From: a virus
IMG/VR virus record: IMGVR_UViG_3300021376_000041
Span: 6,914 to 70,913 of that record
Length of the DNA stretch: 64,000 nucleotides
Direction: 5' to 3' (one strand)
In this document: positions 1 to 8,986 of the stretch, piece by piece
How positions within the stretch are numbered: the first letter of the stretch is position 1
How the letters are laid out: each line of letters starts with the position of its first letter
Notes under the pieces: generated by a model
What the model saw: the letters and a program-made list of their open reading frames with translations, nothing else
Database searches by the model: none
Told to the model about the DNA's origin: nothing
Position numbers and translations under genes: made by a program

Positions 1-36
1 GATGGGTTTTTTATTTTCTAAAACTAATTATATATT

Positions 37-237
37 ATGTTGCTAAGACCTTGTTACGTCAAATTAGGTGATTTTGTGTGTACAAAAAAGGGCACACCGA
101 TATATGGTTATGTAACTTGGATAGACGAAAATAGTGAAACAGGTGAATATTATGTAGAGGTTCAACACGACGATGTAGCTGATCCCGTTTACTTTTATGA
201 CGTTGAGTTAACTGTCATGAGAATGGAATATGAATAA
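37..237 (+). CDS. small KOW/SH3-like hypothetical protein (paralog 1 of 3)
   Basis: 66 aa; LGDFV...GYV...YYVEV pattern shared with the next two ORFs; ACTAATTAT motif just upstream. Confidence 0.7.
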   Translation: MLLRPCYVKLGDFVCTKKGTPIYGYVTWIDENSETGEYYVEVQHDDVADPVYFYDVELTVMRMEYE

Positions 238-460
238 TGATCCAATACTAACACACAATATTGGTGATTTAGTCATGAGTACGGACAAAAATAATAATAA
301 AATATTAGGATATATTATAAGCTACTTTAATGGTAATTTAGGAACTTATTATGAAGTAGAGTGGTTGCACGGGGAAGGATATATGTATTATGGATATGGC
401 GAAATAATACGTATGAAAGGTGAATTATTAAGATTTAAAGAGGAAAAAAGTATTGATTAA
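230..460 (+). CDS. small KOW/SH3-like hypothetical protein (paralog 2 of 3)
   Basis: 76 aa; IGDLV...LGYI...YYEVEWL...IIRMK; overlaps both neighbours. Confidence 0.75.
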   Translation: MNNDPILTHNIGDLVMSTDKNNNKILGYIISYFNGNLGTYYEVEWLHGEGYMYYGYGEIIRMKGELLRFKEEKSID

Positions 461-689
461 GCATGAATTGGGCGATTTATTACTAGCCTATACTGCCGCT
501 GGACAATACCTTTTAGGAATGGTATCTTCCACAGATGAATCACAAATAGACACATATCATAATTTATACCAAATTACTTGGTTAAGCGGTGGTAATAGTG
601 AATTTGTTGGTGCGCAATATACATATACCACTATTTCCGGTATGAAGAACAATTTAACAGATTTTTTATATAACTATGACAAAATATAA
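453..689 (+). CDS. small KOW/SH3-like hypothetical protein (paralog 3 of 3)
   Basis: 78 aa, TTG start after GAGG; LGDLL...LGMV...YQITWL...ISGMK. Confidence 0.7.
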   Translation: MIKHELGDLLLAYTAAGQYLLGMVSSTDESQIDTYHNLYQITWLSGGNSEFVGAQYTYTTISGMKNNLTDFLYNYDKI

Positions 690-834
690 CTTCATAGATT
701 TGTTGACTACGCTTTTTTATTCATGGATAGCTTTATTTTTAGTAAGTTTATCTTTTTATATTGCTTTTACATATCCCTCCACTAAACCCGAGCCACGTTT
801 TAAAAATACTCTACAACGTGATATAAGCCCATAG
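676..834 (+). CDS. small membrane protein (not in ORF track)
   Basis: 52 aa MTKYNFIDLLTTLFYSWIALFLVSLSFYIAFTYP...; one TM segment; fills the gap between neighbouring genes. Confidence 0.6.
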   Translation: MTKYNFIDLLTTLFYSWIALFLVSLSFYIAFTYPSTKPEPRFKNTLQRDISP

Positions 835-837
835 ATT

Positions 838-1476
838 ATGCGAAAATTATTACTTTCATTGGTAGTATTGATGTTTACCGGCGTAACTCCTGCGCCTATT
901 ATGAAGCCATTAGCTTGGGAGCAACCAAACAAACCCGGGCGGCAAAAATGGAGTGAACATACATTCCAGTATATATATCGTAATTTCGATAAACTCGATA
1001 AGGCTATAGATATAAATTACTTTTGTCCCAATTATCATAACATGAACCGTGACGAACGTGTTAACGCTTGGGGACAGCTCGTAGCGTCCATAGCGTGGTT
1101 TGAGAGCGGTTGGAACCCCCGTGCCCGTATGCCGGAACCCCGTTTGGGGTTTGACCCTGTAACGGGCGATACGGTGATTGCAGAGGGGTTGCTACAATTA
1201 GGTTATAGCGATTCGATGTGGCGCGAATATTGTCGATTTGATTGGATGGGGGACCGTGCCCTTGATGCAGATGATTTGCAACGTACCATGATTAATCCGC
1301 GTACACATCTTGAGTGCGGTGTAGGCATCTTGGCAAGTCAAGTAGAACGGTATGGGCGTATAGTAATAGATACCGGTGCCTATTGGGCGGTTATCAAATT
1401 AAATCACCGTAATCAGCGGATAGATGGCATACGGCGTATGGTTATGAGACTGCCAATGTGTTTGGATGAGGAGTAA
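838..1476 (+). CDS. secreted lytic transglycosylase (SLT/lysozyme-like domain)
   Basis: N-terminal signal peptide; catalytic ES motif (FESGWNP) and GLLQL motif; markedly higher GC than flanks. Confidence 0.8.
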   Translation: MRKLLLSLVVLMFTGVTPAPIMKPLAWEQPNKPGRQKWSEHTFQYIYRNFDKLDKAIDINYFCPNYHNMNRDERVNAWGQLVASIAWFESGWNPRARMPEPRLGFDPVTGDTVIAEGLLQLGYSDSMWREYCRFDWMGDRALDADDLQRTMINPRTHLECGVGILASQVERYGRIVIDTGAYWAVIKLNHRNQRIDGIRRMVMRLPMCLDEE

Positions 1477-1485
1477 GATAATTTT

Positions 1486-1512
1486 AGCGCGGCGTTGCCG
1501 CGCTTTTTATTT
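1486..1512 (+). terminator. intrinsic terminator
   Basis: AGCGCGGC-gtt-GCCGCGCT hairpin followed by a T-tract, directly after the SLT gene. Confidence 0.85.
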
Positions 1513-1540
1513 GTGCCAGCCGCCGTGTTAGAATAGACAT

Positions 1541-1861
1541 ATGGATAATATAAAAATTGCAATAGTTGGAGCGATGTTAATAAGCAATGGAATATTTGCG
1601 TGTTTTTTATCTAGAGCTATTAGTGCAGGTTCTATGCCTTGGTGGTCGTCGTATTTAACTAGCTTTATAAGCGCTTCTATATTTGCTTATCAATTACGTA
1701 GTAAGCTAATGCCTTTAACACTTATGTCTGTATTTCAGACTTTCTTTTTTCATGCTGCTTGGTATGCAACAGCATTTTTTATTTTAGGTAATGAATTAAA
1801 AGGTATAAAAATAATAGGTTTGTTATTTGCTTTTGCAGGTATGATTATGATGTCACTATAA
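1541..1861 (+). CDS. small 4-TM membrane protein (SMR/DMT-like)
   Basis: 106 aa, four hydrophobic segments; C-terminal ILGNEL..IKIIGLLFAFAGM resembles the DMT/EamA signature. Confidence 0.6.
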   Translation: MDNIKIAIVGAMLISNGIFACFLSRAISAGSMPWWSSYLTSFISASIFAYQLRSKLMPLTLMSVFQTFFFHAAWYATAFFILGNELKGIKIIGLLFAFAGMIMMSL

Positions 1862-1873
1862 AGGAGAAATACA

Positions 1874-2110
1874 ATGAATGGCTTAACACAAGCACAAGTA
1901 GAAAATGCAAAAAATCTTGCATGTGAAAAATGTAATGGTAATTTGATGAAGCAAGTATTTGTAATTAAAGTAATCTCTGGCTTAGTTACTGGTGATTCCA
2001 AGGATACACTAGTGCCGGTGCCTGTTTTTGCTTGTAATAATTGCAATCATGTCAATGGCTTGTTTGCTAAAGATTTAAAGCTTGGTGACGTTCCACACGT
2101 ACAAGTCTAA
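1874..2110 (+). CDS. zinc-ribbon protein
   Basis: CEKC and CNNC pairs; AGGAG RBS. Confidence 0.75.
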   Translation: MNGLTQAQVENAKNLACEKCNGNLMKQVFVIKVISGLVTGDSKDTLVPVPVFACNNCNHVNGLFAKDLKLGDVPHVQV

Positions 2111-2142
2111 TTACTATACATCTTGACGGTGAGGAAAGGTGC

Positions 2143-2700
2143 ATGTATGATGAGAAAACTTCCAACGAGGTTTACAACATGAAAGTTCTCACCTTAGCTT
2201 CTAACTATGAGCCACTTGGAGTAGTCTCATGGGAACGAGCTATAACACTTATTTTTTCTAATAAAGTCACTACTTTAGAAGAATATGATAGCATTATACG
2301 CTCACCGTCAGTTACAATGAAAATTCCTGCCGTTATTGTTTTTAAAAACGGCAAGAATGGTAAACAAAAAAATTCAGTAAGATTTTCAAGAAAAAATGTT
2401 TGGATACGAGATGAAGGTAAGTGCCAATATTGTAGCAAATTTGTTTCTATTAATACATTTACGATTGATCACGTTGTTCCAAAAACTTCTGGCGGTAGAA
2501 CAGTTTGGGATAATGTTGTAGCCTGTTGTTATACATGTAACCAGAAAAAAGGCGATAAGCATCTAAAAGATTCAGGTATGAAACTATTTAAGATGCCAAA
2601 GAAGCCAAATAAACTTCCTTATTTACAAGAAATAACTGACGGACAATATGATTTAGAGAAAAATATTCCTGTATCTTGGAAGTTTTATTTAGAAAGATAA
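2143..2700 (+). CDS. HNH endonuclease (McrA-like)
   Basis: RDEGKCQYC...TIDHVVP..SGG...WDNVVACCYTCNQKKG. Confidence 0.92.
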   Translation: MYDEKTSNEVYNMKVLTLASNYEPLGVVSWERAITLIFSNKVTTLEEYDSIIRSPSVTMKIPAVIVFKNGKNGKQKNSVRFSRKNVWIRDEGKCQYCSKFVSINTFTIDHVVPKTSGGRTVWDNVVACCYTCNQKKGDKHLKDSGMKLFKMPKKPNKLPYLQEITDGQYDLEKNIPVSWKFYLER

Positions 2701-2703
2701 ATA

Positions 2704-3312
2704 ATGTATTTAACAGCAATCGATACGGAAACAACTGGTCTTGATTTAAAAAGGCATCAAATAATTCAACTTGGCGTTATTAGATATGAATTAGAAGATT
2801 GTGGTAATTTAAAAATGCTTGAAAAGTATCAATACAATATAAAACCAAGTAATATTAAAGCAGCTTCACCAGAAGCACTTAAGATTAATGGTTATAATGA
2901 ACAAGCGTGGCGTGATGCAATTCCATTTATAGACTGCTTTCCATTATTAAACGATATTTTTACTAGATCAGAAGCATTAATTGGTCAAAACCTTATTTTT
3001 GATTTACGCTTTATAGCTAAAGAATATTGGCGATATGGTTTAATAATGCCAAAGATTCCTAAGTATATTGATACAAAATATATGGGGCAACAATTAGTAA
3101 ATGAAGGCAAAATTAAATCTTGCTCTATGGATAACATGTGCAAACACTTTAGCATCAAGTATAGTGGCAGAGCGCACACTGCCTTGACTGACTGCGAGAG
3201 AACGGTTACAGTGTGGGAACGCCTGATGAAGCATGTGGAAACCAGATATTTTACCTTTGAGGAGCCTTATGATGCATTCAAGAAAAATACAAATGCCAGA
3301 AAAGTTATCTAG
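2704..3312 (+). CDS. DEDDh 3'-5' exonuclease (DNA polymerase III epsilon-like)
   Basis: ExoI IDTETTGL, ExoII QNLIFD, ExoIII HTALTD. Confidence 0.92.
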   Translation: MYLTAIDTETTGLDLKRHQIIQLGVIRYELEDCGNLKMLEKYQYNIKPSNIKAASPEALKINGYNEQAWRDAIPFIDCFPLLNDIFTRSEALIGQNLIFDLRFIAKEYWRYGLIMPKIPKYIDTKYMGQQLVNEGKIKSCSMDNMCKHFSIKYSGRAHTALTDCERTVTVWERLMKHVETRYFTFEEPYDAFKKNTNARKVI

Positions 3313-3469
3313 CAAAGATATATCAAGTATAGTATATGTGTTTAAAACTATGTCGAGTGCAGCAAGACATGATTTTCTTTCTTCTCTTATTATTCAACAT
3401 CCAGAACATTATAGAAAAATTAGCAAGGCTTTAGGCAAAGAATATAAGAGTTCTATTGGTTTAGCATAA
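3293..3469 (+). CDS. hypothetical protein
   Basis: MPEKLSSKD..., 58 aa; the start at 3293 overlapping the exonuclease end is more plausible than 3233. Confidence 0.55.
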   Translation: MPEKLSSKDISSIVYVFKTMSSAARHDFLSSLIIQHPEHYRKISKALGKEYKSSIGLA

Positions 3470-3515
3470 TACTATGTAATATAAGGGCGTTTGGTATGCC
3501 CTTGAGGGAAAGTAA

Positions 3516-3683
3516 ATGTCTGTTCCGGCATATATTATAAATGACAAAAAACAAGAACGCAGACAAGAAATACAATTAGAAATCCCCGACTATTCAAAAC
3601 AATATTACGAATATACAGAAAAACTTCAAAAAAAAGAACAAGAATCTAAAAAAGAAACCGTAATACATATTCAAATATACTAA
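3516..3683 (+). CDS. small charged hypothetical protein (not in ORF track)
   Basis: 55 aa MSVPAYIINDKKQERRQEIQLEIPDY...; GAGGG RBS upstream, preceded by an AAGGGC/GCCCTT hairpin (3483-3503). Confidence 0.6.
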   Translation: MSVPAYIINDKKQERRQEIQLEIPDYSKQYYEYTEKLQKKEQESKKETVIHIQIY

Positions 3684-3709
3684 TTATTTAAGAATTTTAA
3701 AGCTTTAAG

Positions 3710-3748
3710 AACTACTTATGACATGGTGCATAAGTAGTTTTTTTATTT
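3710..3748 (+). terminator. hairpin with T-tract containing a late-promoter-like motif
   Basis: AACTACTTATG...CATAAGTAGTT 11-bp inverted repeat followed by Ts, just upstream of ATG 3752. Confidence 0.55.
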
Positions 3749-3751
3749 CCA

Positions 3752-4834
3752 ATGAGCGAACTATTACTAGAAAAAATTAGTCACGATGAACTTTTGAAAC
3801 AACTTCAAGAGTTCTATAATTATGCAAAAAAAAGACTTAAATTAGATCGTGATCCCCAAATATTTTTAAAAAGAGATAATGTTAATTCAGAAGATTTCTT
3901 AGGAAAAACAGGATATTATGATCCTGAAGAAGAAAAGGTTGTTCTTTATATAGTCGATAGACACGCAAAAGATATTGTTAGATCTTTATCACATGAATTA
4001 ATACATCACACACAAAAACTTAGAGGTATTACCGATAATGTAAATTTAAACAATATTGGTATCGATCCATCATATGCTTTACACAATAAAGATTTAAGAA
4101 CGATGGAGAAACAAGCATTTTTATGGGGCGACATGATATTTCGTGATTGGACCGATAAACAAAAAAAGAAAAGGAAAAATACTATGGCTGAACAAAAAAT
4201 AGCTAAAAAAGATTATGATCGTGATGGCAAAAAAGAAAGTCCTTCTGCTGAATATCGCGGGTCAGTCGATGCTGCCATTAAAGCTTCTAATGATAAGAAG
4301 AAAAAAAATAAAACAATAAAAAAGGAAAACGATATGAAAATTAAGATGACTAATGAAGAAGAAGTTGTAGAAGCTAAAGATGACGAAACAGAAGAAATAG
4401 TAGGATTAGGTAGCGAATTACCACCACGTAATCTTGCAGATTTACCACCTGACGTAACAGGTGAAGAGGAAGAAGACGCTGGCGGCGGTGAGGATGAGAA
4501 GTTAGGCGGTGGATTACCACTAGGCCGCGTAGAAGATAAATTTAATGATATGGATGCTGAACAGCAAGCTAGATTTCTTACATTTTTAGCTAAGAAGGCT
4601 AAAGATAAAAAAGCTGCGGCTAGAGAACTAGACCGCCAACTACGCGCAGAAAAAGAAACAGAACGTAGAGCAAGCTTTGCAAGCCTACCCGGCGCCAAGC
4701 CCCCAATGGAAGAATCAAAGCAAAATCCATATCCTGTATTATTCGAACAACGTGAACGCTTATTAAAAGAAGCATTTCAAACACGTGAAGAGCGTGTTTA
4801 TAACGAATTAATCAAACGCTTCATTAAAAAATAA
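3752..4834 (+). CDS. HEXXH metallopeptidase-like domain fused to an acidic/coiled-coil, head-associated region
   Basis: RSLSHELIHH and downstream E(KQA); DYDRDGKKES..EYRGS motif; LLE near the N-terminus. Confidence 0.6.
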   Translation: MSELLLEKISHDELLKQLQEFYNYAKKRLKLDRDPQIFLKRDNVNSEDFLGKTGYYDPEEEKVVLYIVDRHAKDIVRSLSHELIHHTQKLRGITDNVNLNNIGIDPSYALHNKDLRTMEKQAFLWGDMIFRDWTDKQKKKRKNTMAEQKIAKKDYDRDGKKESPSAEYRGSVDAAIKASNDKKKKNKTIKKENDMKIKMTNEEEVVEAKDDETEEIVGLGSELPPRNLADLPPDVTGEEEEDAGGGEDEKLGGGLPLGRVEDKFNDMDAEQQARFLTFLAKKAKDKKAAARELDRQLRAEKETERRASFASLPGAKPPMEESKQNPYPVLFEQRERLLKEAFQTREERVYNELIKRFIKK

Positions 4835-5088
4835 TGGCTAGAAGTTTTATAATTTCTTATGATTCTACAAGAACAGAAGAAACTGTTCTTGTTACTTCTT
4901 TTGCTGTAACCGTTCCAAGTGGTTCTGTATCATTGCTTGCTACGGTTACAGTAGATGGAGCAGCATATTTTGCTACAGTTCCTTCTGGATCTGGAGAGAT
5001 TACTAGATATTATCCAATAATTGAACAGCAAAACACCTGTATTAGTTTAAAAAATACATTTGTTCCTTATATATTAACAATTGGTTAA
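4834..5088 (+). CDS. small beta-rich protein, probably virion
   Basis: 84 aa; two TVPSGS repeats; translationally coupled start. Confidence 0.55.
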   Translation: MARSFIISYDSTRTEETVLVTSFAVTVPSGSVSLLATVTVDGAAYFATVPSGSGEITRYYPIIEQQNTCISLKNTFVPYILTIG

Positions 5089-5098
5089 AACACTTAAT

Positions 5099-6604
5099 AT
5101 GGATAATTTATTATTAGAAAAAACAATTAGTCATTTATATGAAAACGGTAGAATGACTATTGGTAAATTAAAAGAACGTATTAAACTATCGTCATTATTT
5201 ACTTTAAATGAAAGTAAAATAACCGATGGTAAAGAAATACTTTTATCTTATAGTGTAAATGAAAATAAACTTTTAATCGCTAATAATAAATCTGACATTA
5301 AACAGGGTTGCAAATCAATAAAAGAATTTATTAAAACATTAGAAGAAAATAAAGATTCCTGTTTCAATTCATTAAATGGTTTAGAACATAATATTAATCG
5401 GATGAATACAGAAGACCAAAAAGATATTTTTGGTGATAATAATAAGATATATTATAAAGTAAAAGTATTGTTTTTTCCAAATGATGGCTATGATTATAAT
5501 ACAAATTATATTATGCCATTAGATGAAGGTCATTGTCAATATGATGAAAAAGGAAAAGAAATATTATCTGAAATAACTATTAAATTAAATAAATTTAATT
5601 CTCACATAAGCGAATGGCAAAAACGCAGCAGATCAGAAAAATATATGAATGAGTCTGCCGCTTATGAAAAGTTGTTAGAATTACATAATAAAGAATATGT
5701 AAATATAGCTAATAGCAATATTAATAATTGTTTAAATAATGTTAATTCTTATATTAATAACGATAACTTCAAATTACATGATGAATCCAGCATTAATGAT
5801 TATATGCTTTCAAGAACATATATGTTACTAAATAATATGCTTGATTCTTCTAAAACTTCTCCTTATGACTCTATTGCAAAAATGAATATAGCAAAGAAAG
5901 TTTTAGGAGTCAATGGTATTAGTTATTATGATTTAGGCAATGTTTTGAACCCTGATCAATTGTCTTATGTTAAAGACAATATATTAAATCATGACAGTAA
6001 AAAAGAATTTTTAAATACTGCTATTAAACCTCTAGAAGATACTTTAATTGAATATTCTGTTAATGTTTTAAAAAGCAGCAAATCAATATTACTATTAGAA
6101 AATTCTTTAAATTATAAAAGTTATTCTAAGTTATTAGAAAATAGTTTAAAATTTATTGAATCTAGTCGTAATTTAAAAACATTAAAAAATGAATTATTAA
6201 ACTTGCGTTTTATAGATAAACAAATGTCTAAAAAGAAAAAACCATTTTATTATGATGGCAAAAAATGTATTTTAGATAATAATTATAAACCCATCAGAGA
6301 ATTATTAAAGTTATTAAGTCCATTAACAGATAATACAGATAAACAAATAATAACAGAAAATATTTTAAATGATATAATTATAGAAGATATAAAAAAGCGT
6401 GGCAATAAACATTGTTTGATTTCTATTAAATCTCGTAGAAATTTAGGTTGTTATAGCAGCGAAGAGGGAGCTAAAGAGCGAGAAAGACAAGTAAATTATT
6501 TTAAACATAGAAAGAAAAAATCAACCAAAAAAGAATCTAGTAGCGTAGGTGGCGGTGGTATGGAATTCGGAGCAGTGCAAAAAATAGAACCGGAGCAACA
6601 ATAA
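5099..6604 (+). CDS. hypothetical protein, probably internal head protein
   Basis: ATG at 5099 (MDNLLLEK); C-terminal CLISIKSRRNLGCYSSEEGAKERERQVNYFKH motif typical of large-phage proteins. Confidence 0.65.
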   Translation: MDNLLLEKTISHLYENGRMTIGKLKERIKLSSLFTLNESKITDGKEILLSYSVNENKLLIANNKSDIKQGCKSIKEFIKTLEENKDSCFNSLNGLEHNINRMNTEDQKDIFGDNNKIYYKVKVLFFPNDGYDYNTNYIMPLDEGHCQYDEKGKEILSEITIKLNKFNSHISEWQKRSRSEKYMNESAAYEKLLELHNKEYVNIANSNINNCLNNVNSYINNDNFKLHDESSINDYMLSRTYMLLNNMLDSSKTSPYDSIAKMNIAKKVLGVNGISYYDLGNVLNPDQLSYVKDNILNHDSKKEFLNTAIKPLEDTLIEYSVNVLKSSKSILLLENSLNYKSYSKLLENSLKFIESSRNLKTLKNELLNLRFIDKQMSKKKKPFYYDGKKCILDNNYKPIRELLKLLSPLTDNTDKQIITENILNDIIIEDIKKRGNKHCLISIKSRRNLGCYSSEEGAKERERQVNYFKHRKKKSTKKESSSVGGGGMEFGAVQKIEPEQQ

Positions 6605-7446
6605 TGGAACAATTTGATGAATTAAGAAGTTATATTCGTAACGTATTATTAAAAATACGCGACAACCAAAAAAAAGTTCTAAAGGCAGATTTAAAAGAAG
6701 AACGCGCATTGCGTAGATTGGTACGCAAAATGCTTGTTGAAATTAAAGAAACATCACCGCACGAATTAACTGGTATTAACGTACTGGAAAAATTGCTTGG
6801 CAACATCATGCCAGTTATTGAAACTGGATATAAGAGTTTAACTACTGATCCATCACAACGTGAATCATATGGTGCCCATATTTTGAGAGCAGTACAAAAT
6901 CTTCTTTCGATACCATCCATGTATTTTGATCTTGATAGTAAGGGCGACATGAAAACTGATGGCGAGGCAGTTGAAGAGCGGCCTACAGATATACAAAAAG
7001 AAGAAGTAAAAATTAAAATGAGCAAGAAGGACAAAGAAGAGCAAGAAAAGTTCATAGATATTAATAAAGATAGTAAAGAAACAGAAGAAGAAACACCAGA
7101 TCCTAGCGATCCAATGAGTGCTTTCCAAGATATTGAAGGTGAAGATCACACTGGTAGATCATTTGCATTAGAAACATTTAAAAAAGTGCAAAAACAAGTT
7201 CTTGAATCTTACTCAACATTATCAAATCCAAAAGATAGAGAAGTATTTGAAGAATATCTAATTACAAATATTAAGTTGTATCTAAGACGTTTCGAAGAAG
7301 AACTTTCTGATAAACCCCCGGTTCCAACAACTCCATCATATGAAGCTGCTGTTTCAAAGATAGATTCACAAACAGCTGGTGGAGCGACAGCAGCTGGTGG
7401 ATTATCGGGAGTTGAAGAACCAGAACAATCAACAGTAGGAGCATAG
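6604..7446 (+). CDS. acidic hypothetical protein, probably head-associated
   Basis: 280 aa; repeated LRxxIRxxL.E helices; coupled start. Confidence 0.7.
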   Translation: MEQFDELRSYIRNVLLKIRDNQKKVLKADLKEERALRRLVRKMLVEIKETSPHELTGINVLEKLLGNIMPVIETGYKSLTTDPSQRESYGAHILRAVQNLLSIPSMYFDLDSKGDMKTDGEAVEERPTDIQKEEVKIKMSKKDKEEQEKFIDINKDSKETEEETPDPSDPMSAFQDIEGEDHTGRSFALETFKKVQKQVLESYSTLSNPKDREVFEEYLITNIKLYLRRFEEELSDKPPVPTTPSYEAAVSKIDSQTAGGATAAGGLSGVEEPEQSTVGA

Positions 7447-7503
7447 TCAGTTACGATACGTTAGAAGACAAATGTTGTTAAATTAGATAAAAAGGAATTT
7501 ATT

Positions 7504-7746
7504 ATGAATCCAGCTAAACGTAAAAAGTTGTATAGATTAGAATTACAAAAAAAACAATCACAATTAGTAGATATAGTAGAAGAAAAAGTAGTACAAAAAG
7601 AAGAAGTAAAACCAATAACAGAAGTATTATCTGAAACTGCACCTGTTGTTGCTAGTACTTTAGAAATTGGATTGAAGTTACCAGAAACAGAAGTATTGGA
7701 AGCTAGAAAAGATAAGAAAAAGAAACTATCTTCACAAGATTCATAA
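7504..7746 (+). CDS. hypothetical protein
   Basis: 80 aa; AAGGA RBS; basic ends and acidic middle. Confidence 0.65.
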   Translation: MNPAKRKKLYRLELQKKQSQLVDIVEEKVVQKEEVKPITEVLSETAPVVASTLEIGLKLPETEVLEARKDKKKKLSSQDS

Positions 7747-7766
7747 ATGTGTTATAGTGGTCTATT

Positions 7767-8060
7767 ATGACCAATAAAACATATAAACAAATAGGTGAAG
7801 AAATCGGTAAGTTGGTAGAAGAAAAAAATGCTGCATATGGTAGTTCGTTTGCAGAATGTCATAAAATCCTGAGCGTCCTGTATCCAGAAGGCATTAAGCC
7901 GGAACAATACACAGACGCTCTTGCTATTATAAGAGTAATAGATAAATTATTTAGAATAGCTAATAATAAAGATGCATTTGTCGAATCGCCTTGGAATGAT
8001 ATAGCAGGTTATGCAATTTTAGGAGTAGCTAATCATGATAGCAAGCGAGATAAGAGCTAA
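7767..8060 (+). CDS. nucleotide modification-associated domain 1 (Nmad1/DUF1599-like) protein
   Basis: KNAAYGSSF...RVIDKLFRI...WNDIAGYAILG pattern. Confidence 0.75.
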   Translation: MTNKTYKQIGEEIGKLVEEKNAAYGSSFAECHKILSVLYPEGIKPEQYTDALAIIRVIDKLFRIANNKDAFVESPWNDIAGYAILGVANHDSKRDKS

Positions 8061-8469
8061 TATAAAAAATACTAAAAATAGAACTTGTAAAGATTATTCT
8101 ATTCTTAATGTTTTAAGATCACAAAAAAAAAGTAATGAATATTTTGAGACTATGTTAGCTAATATAGATTTAGAAGATATAATAGCATTAAAATTAGAAT
8201 TAGCTTATAGATCTGTAGGAGTAGCATTATACGGTGCGCCACTTTGGAGAAATCTAAATCATATTATAAAAGAAGCATTATTAAAATATGTTGTTTCAAT
8301 TAGTAAATCTAAAGGTGAAGCTGCTAGGTATGTTGGTGTAGATAGTATAAAGTTTTTATTTTTATTAAAAAAATACAATATAGATTATTTCTTTCTTAAA
8401 GGAAAAATAAACAATGCTGATAACAGAAACACAATTAAAGAAAATATATCCGAAAGTAAAACAGGATAA
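8035..8469 (+). CDS. Fis-like helix-turn-helix protein
   Basis: IIKEALL...SKGEAARYVGV...LLKKYNI resembles the Fis HTH. Confidence 0.6.
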   Translation: MIASEIRANIKNTKNRTCKDYSILNVLRSQKKSNEYFETMLANIDLEDIIALKLELAYRSVGVALYGAPLWRNLNHIIKEALLKYVVSISKSKGEAARYVGVDSIKFLFLLKKYNIDYFFLKGKINNADNRNTIKENISESKTG

Positions 8470-8986
8470 ATTACAGTTATATGTTAAAGCTTTTAATAAT
8501 GTTTTTCCTGCCTATGGTATCAATACCGCTAGAAGGATTGCTGCATTTCTTGGACAAGTTGGCGTTGAAAGCGGACAACTCAGATACGACAAAGAATTAG
8601 CATCTAAATGGAATAAAAAAAATGTAAATGATATTAATGAACCAATAGGTAGTTTATATGAAGGAAGAAAAAATTTAGGTAATAAATTAGCTGGTGATGG
8701 TCCAAAGTTTATTGGTCGAGGTATATTACAACTAACTGGTAGAGCTAATTATGAAAACATGTCTAAAACTCTTGGAATAGATCTTATAAATAATCCAGAG
8801 TTAGCATGCGATCCAGAAGTTAGCACCAAGATAGCTTGTGAATATTTTAAAAAACGTGGCTTATTGGAACTGGCAGATGAATGGAATTTAGATGAAATAA
8901 CTCGTAGAGTAAATGGTAATGCTAAATTACATCACGATATAAGAGTAAAGTATAGCGAAGAAGCATTAAAAACTTTAAATAAATAG
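8414..8986 (+). CDS. glycoside hydrolase family 19 endolysin
   Basis: RIAAFLGQVGVESG, YEGRKNLGN, GDG..FIGRGILQLTGRANY, ITRRVNG. Confidence 0.92.
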   Translation: MLITETQLKKIYPKVKQDKLQLYVKAFNNVFPAYGINTARRIAAFLGQVGVESGQLRYDKELASKWNKKNVNDINEPIGSLYEGRKNLGNKLAGDGPKFIGRGILQLTGRANYENMSKTLGIDLINNPELACDPEVSTKIACEYFKKRGLLELADEWNLDEITRRVNGNAKLHHDIRVKYSEEALKTLNK

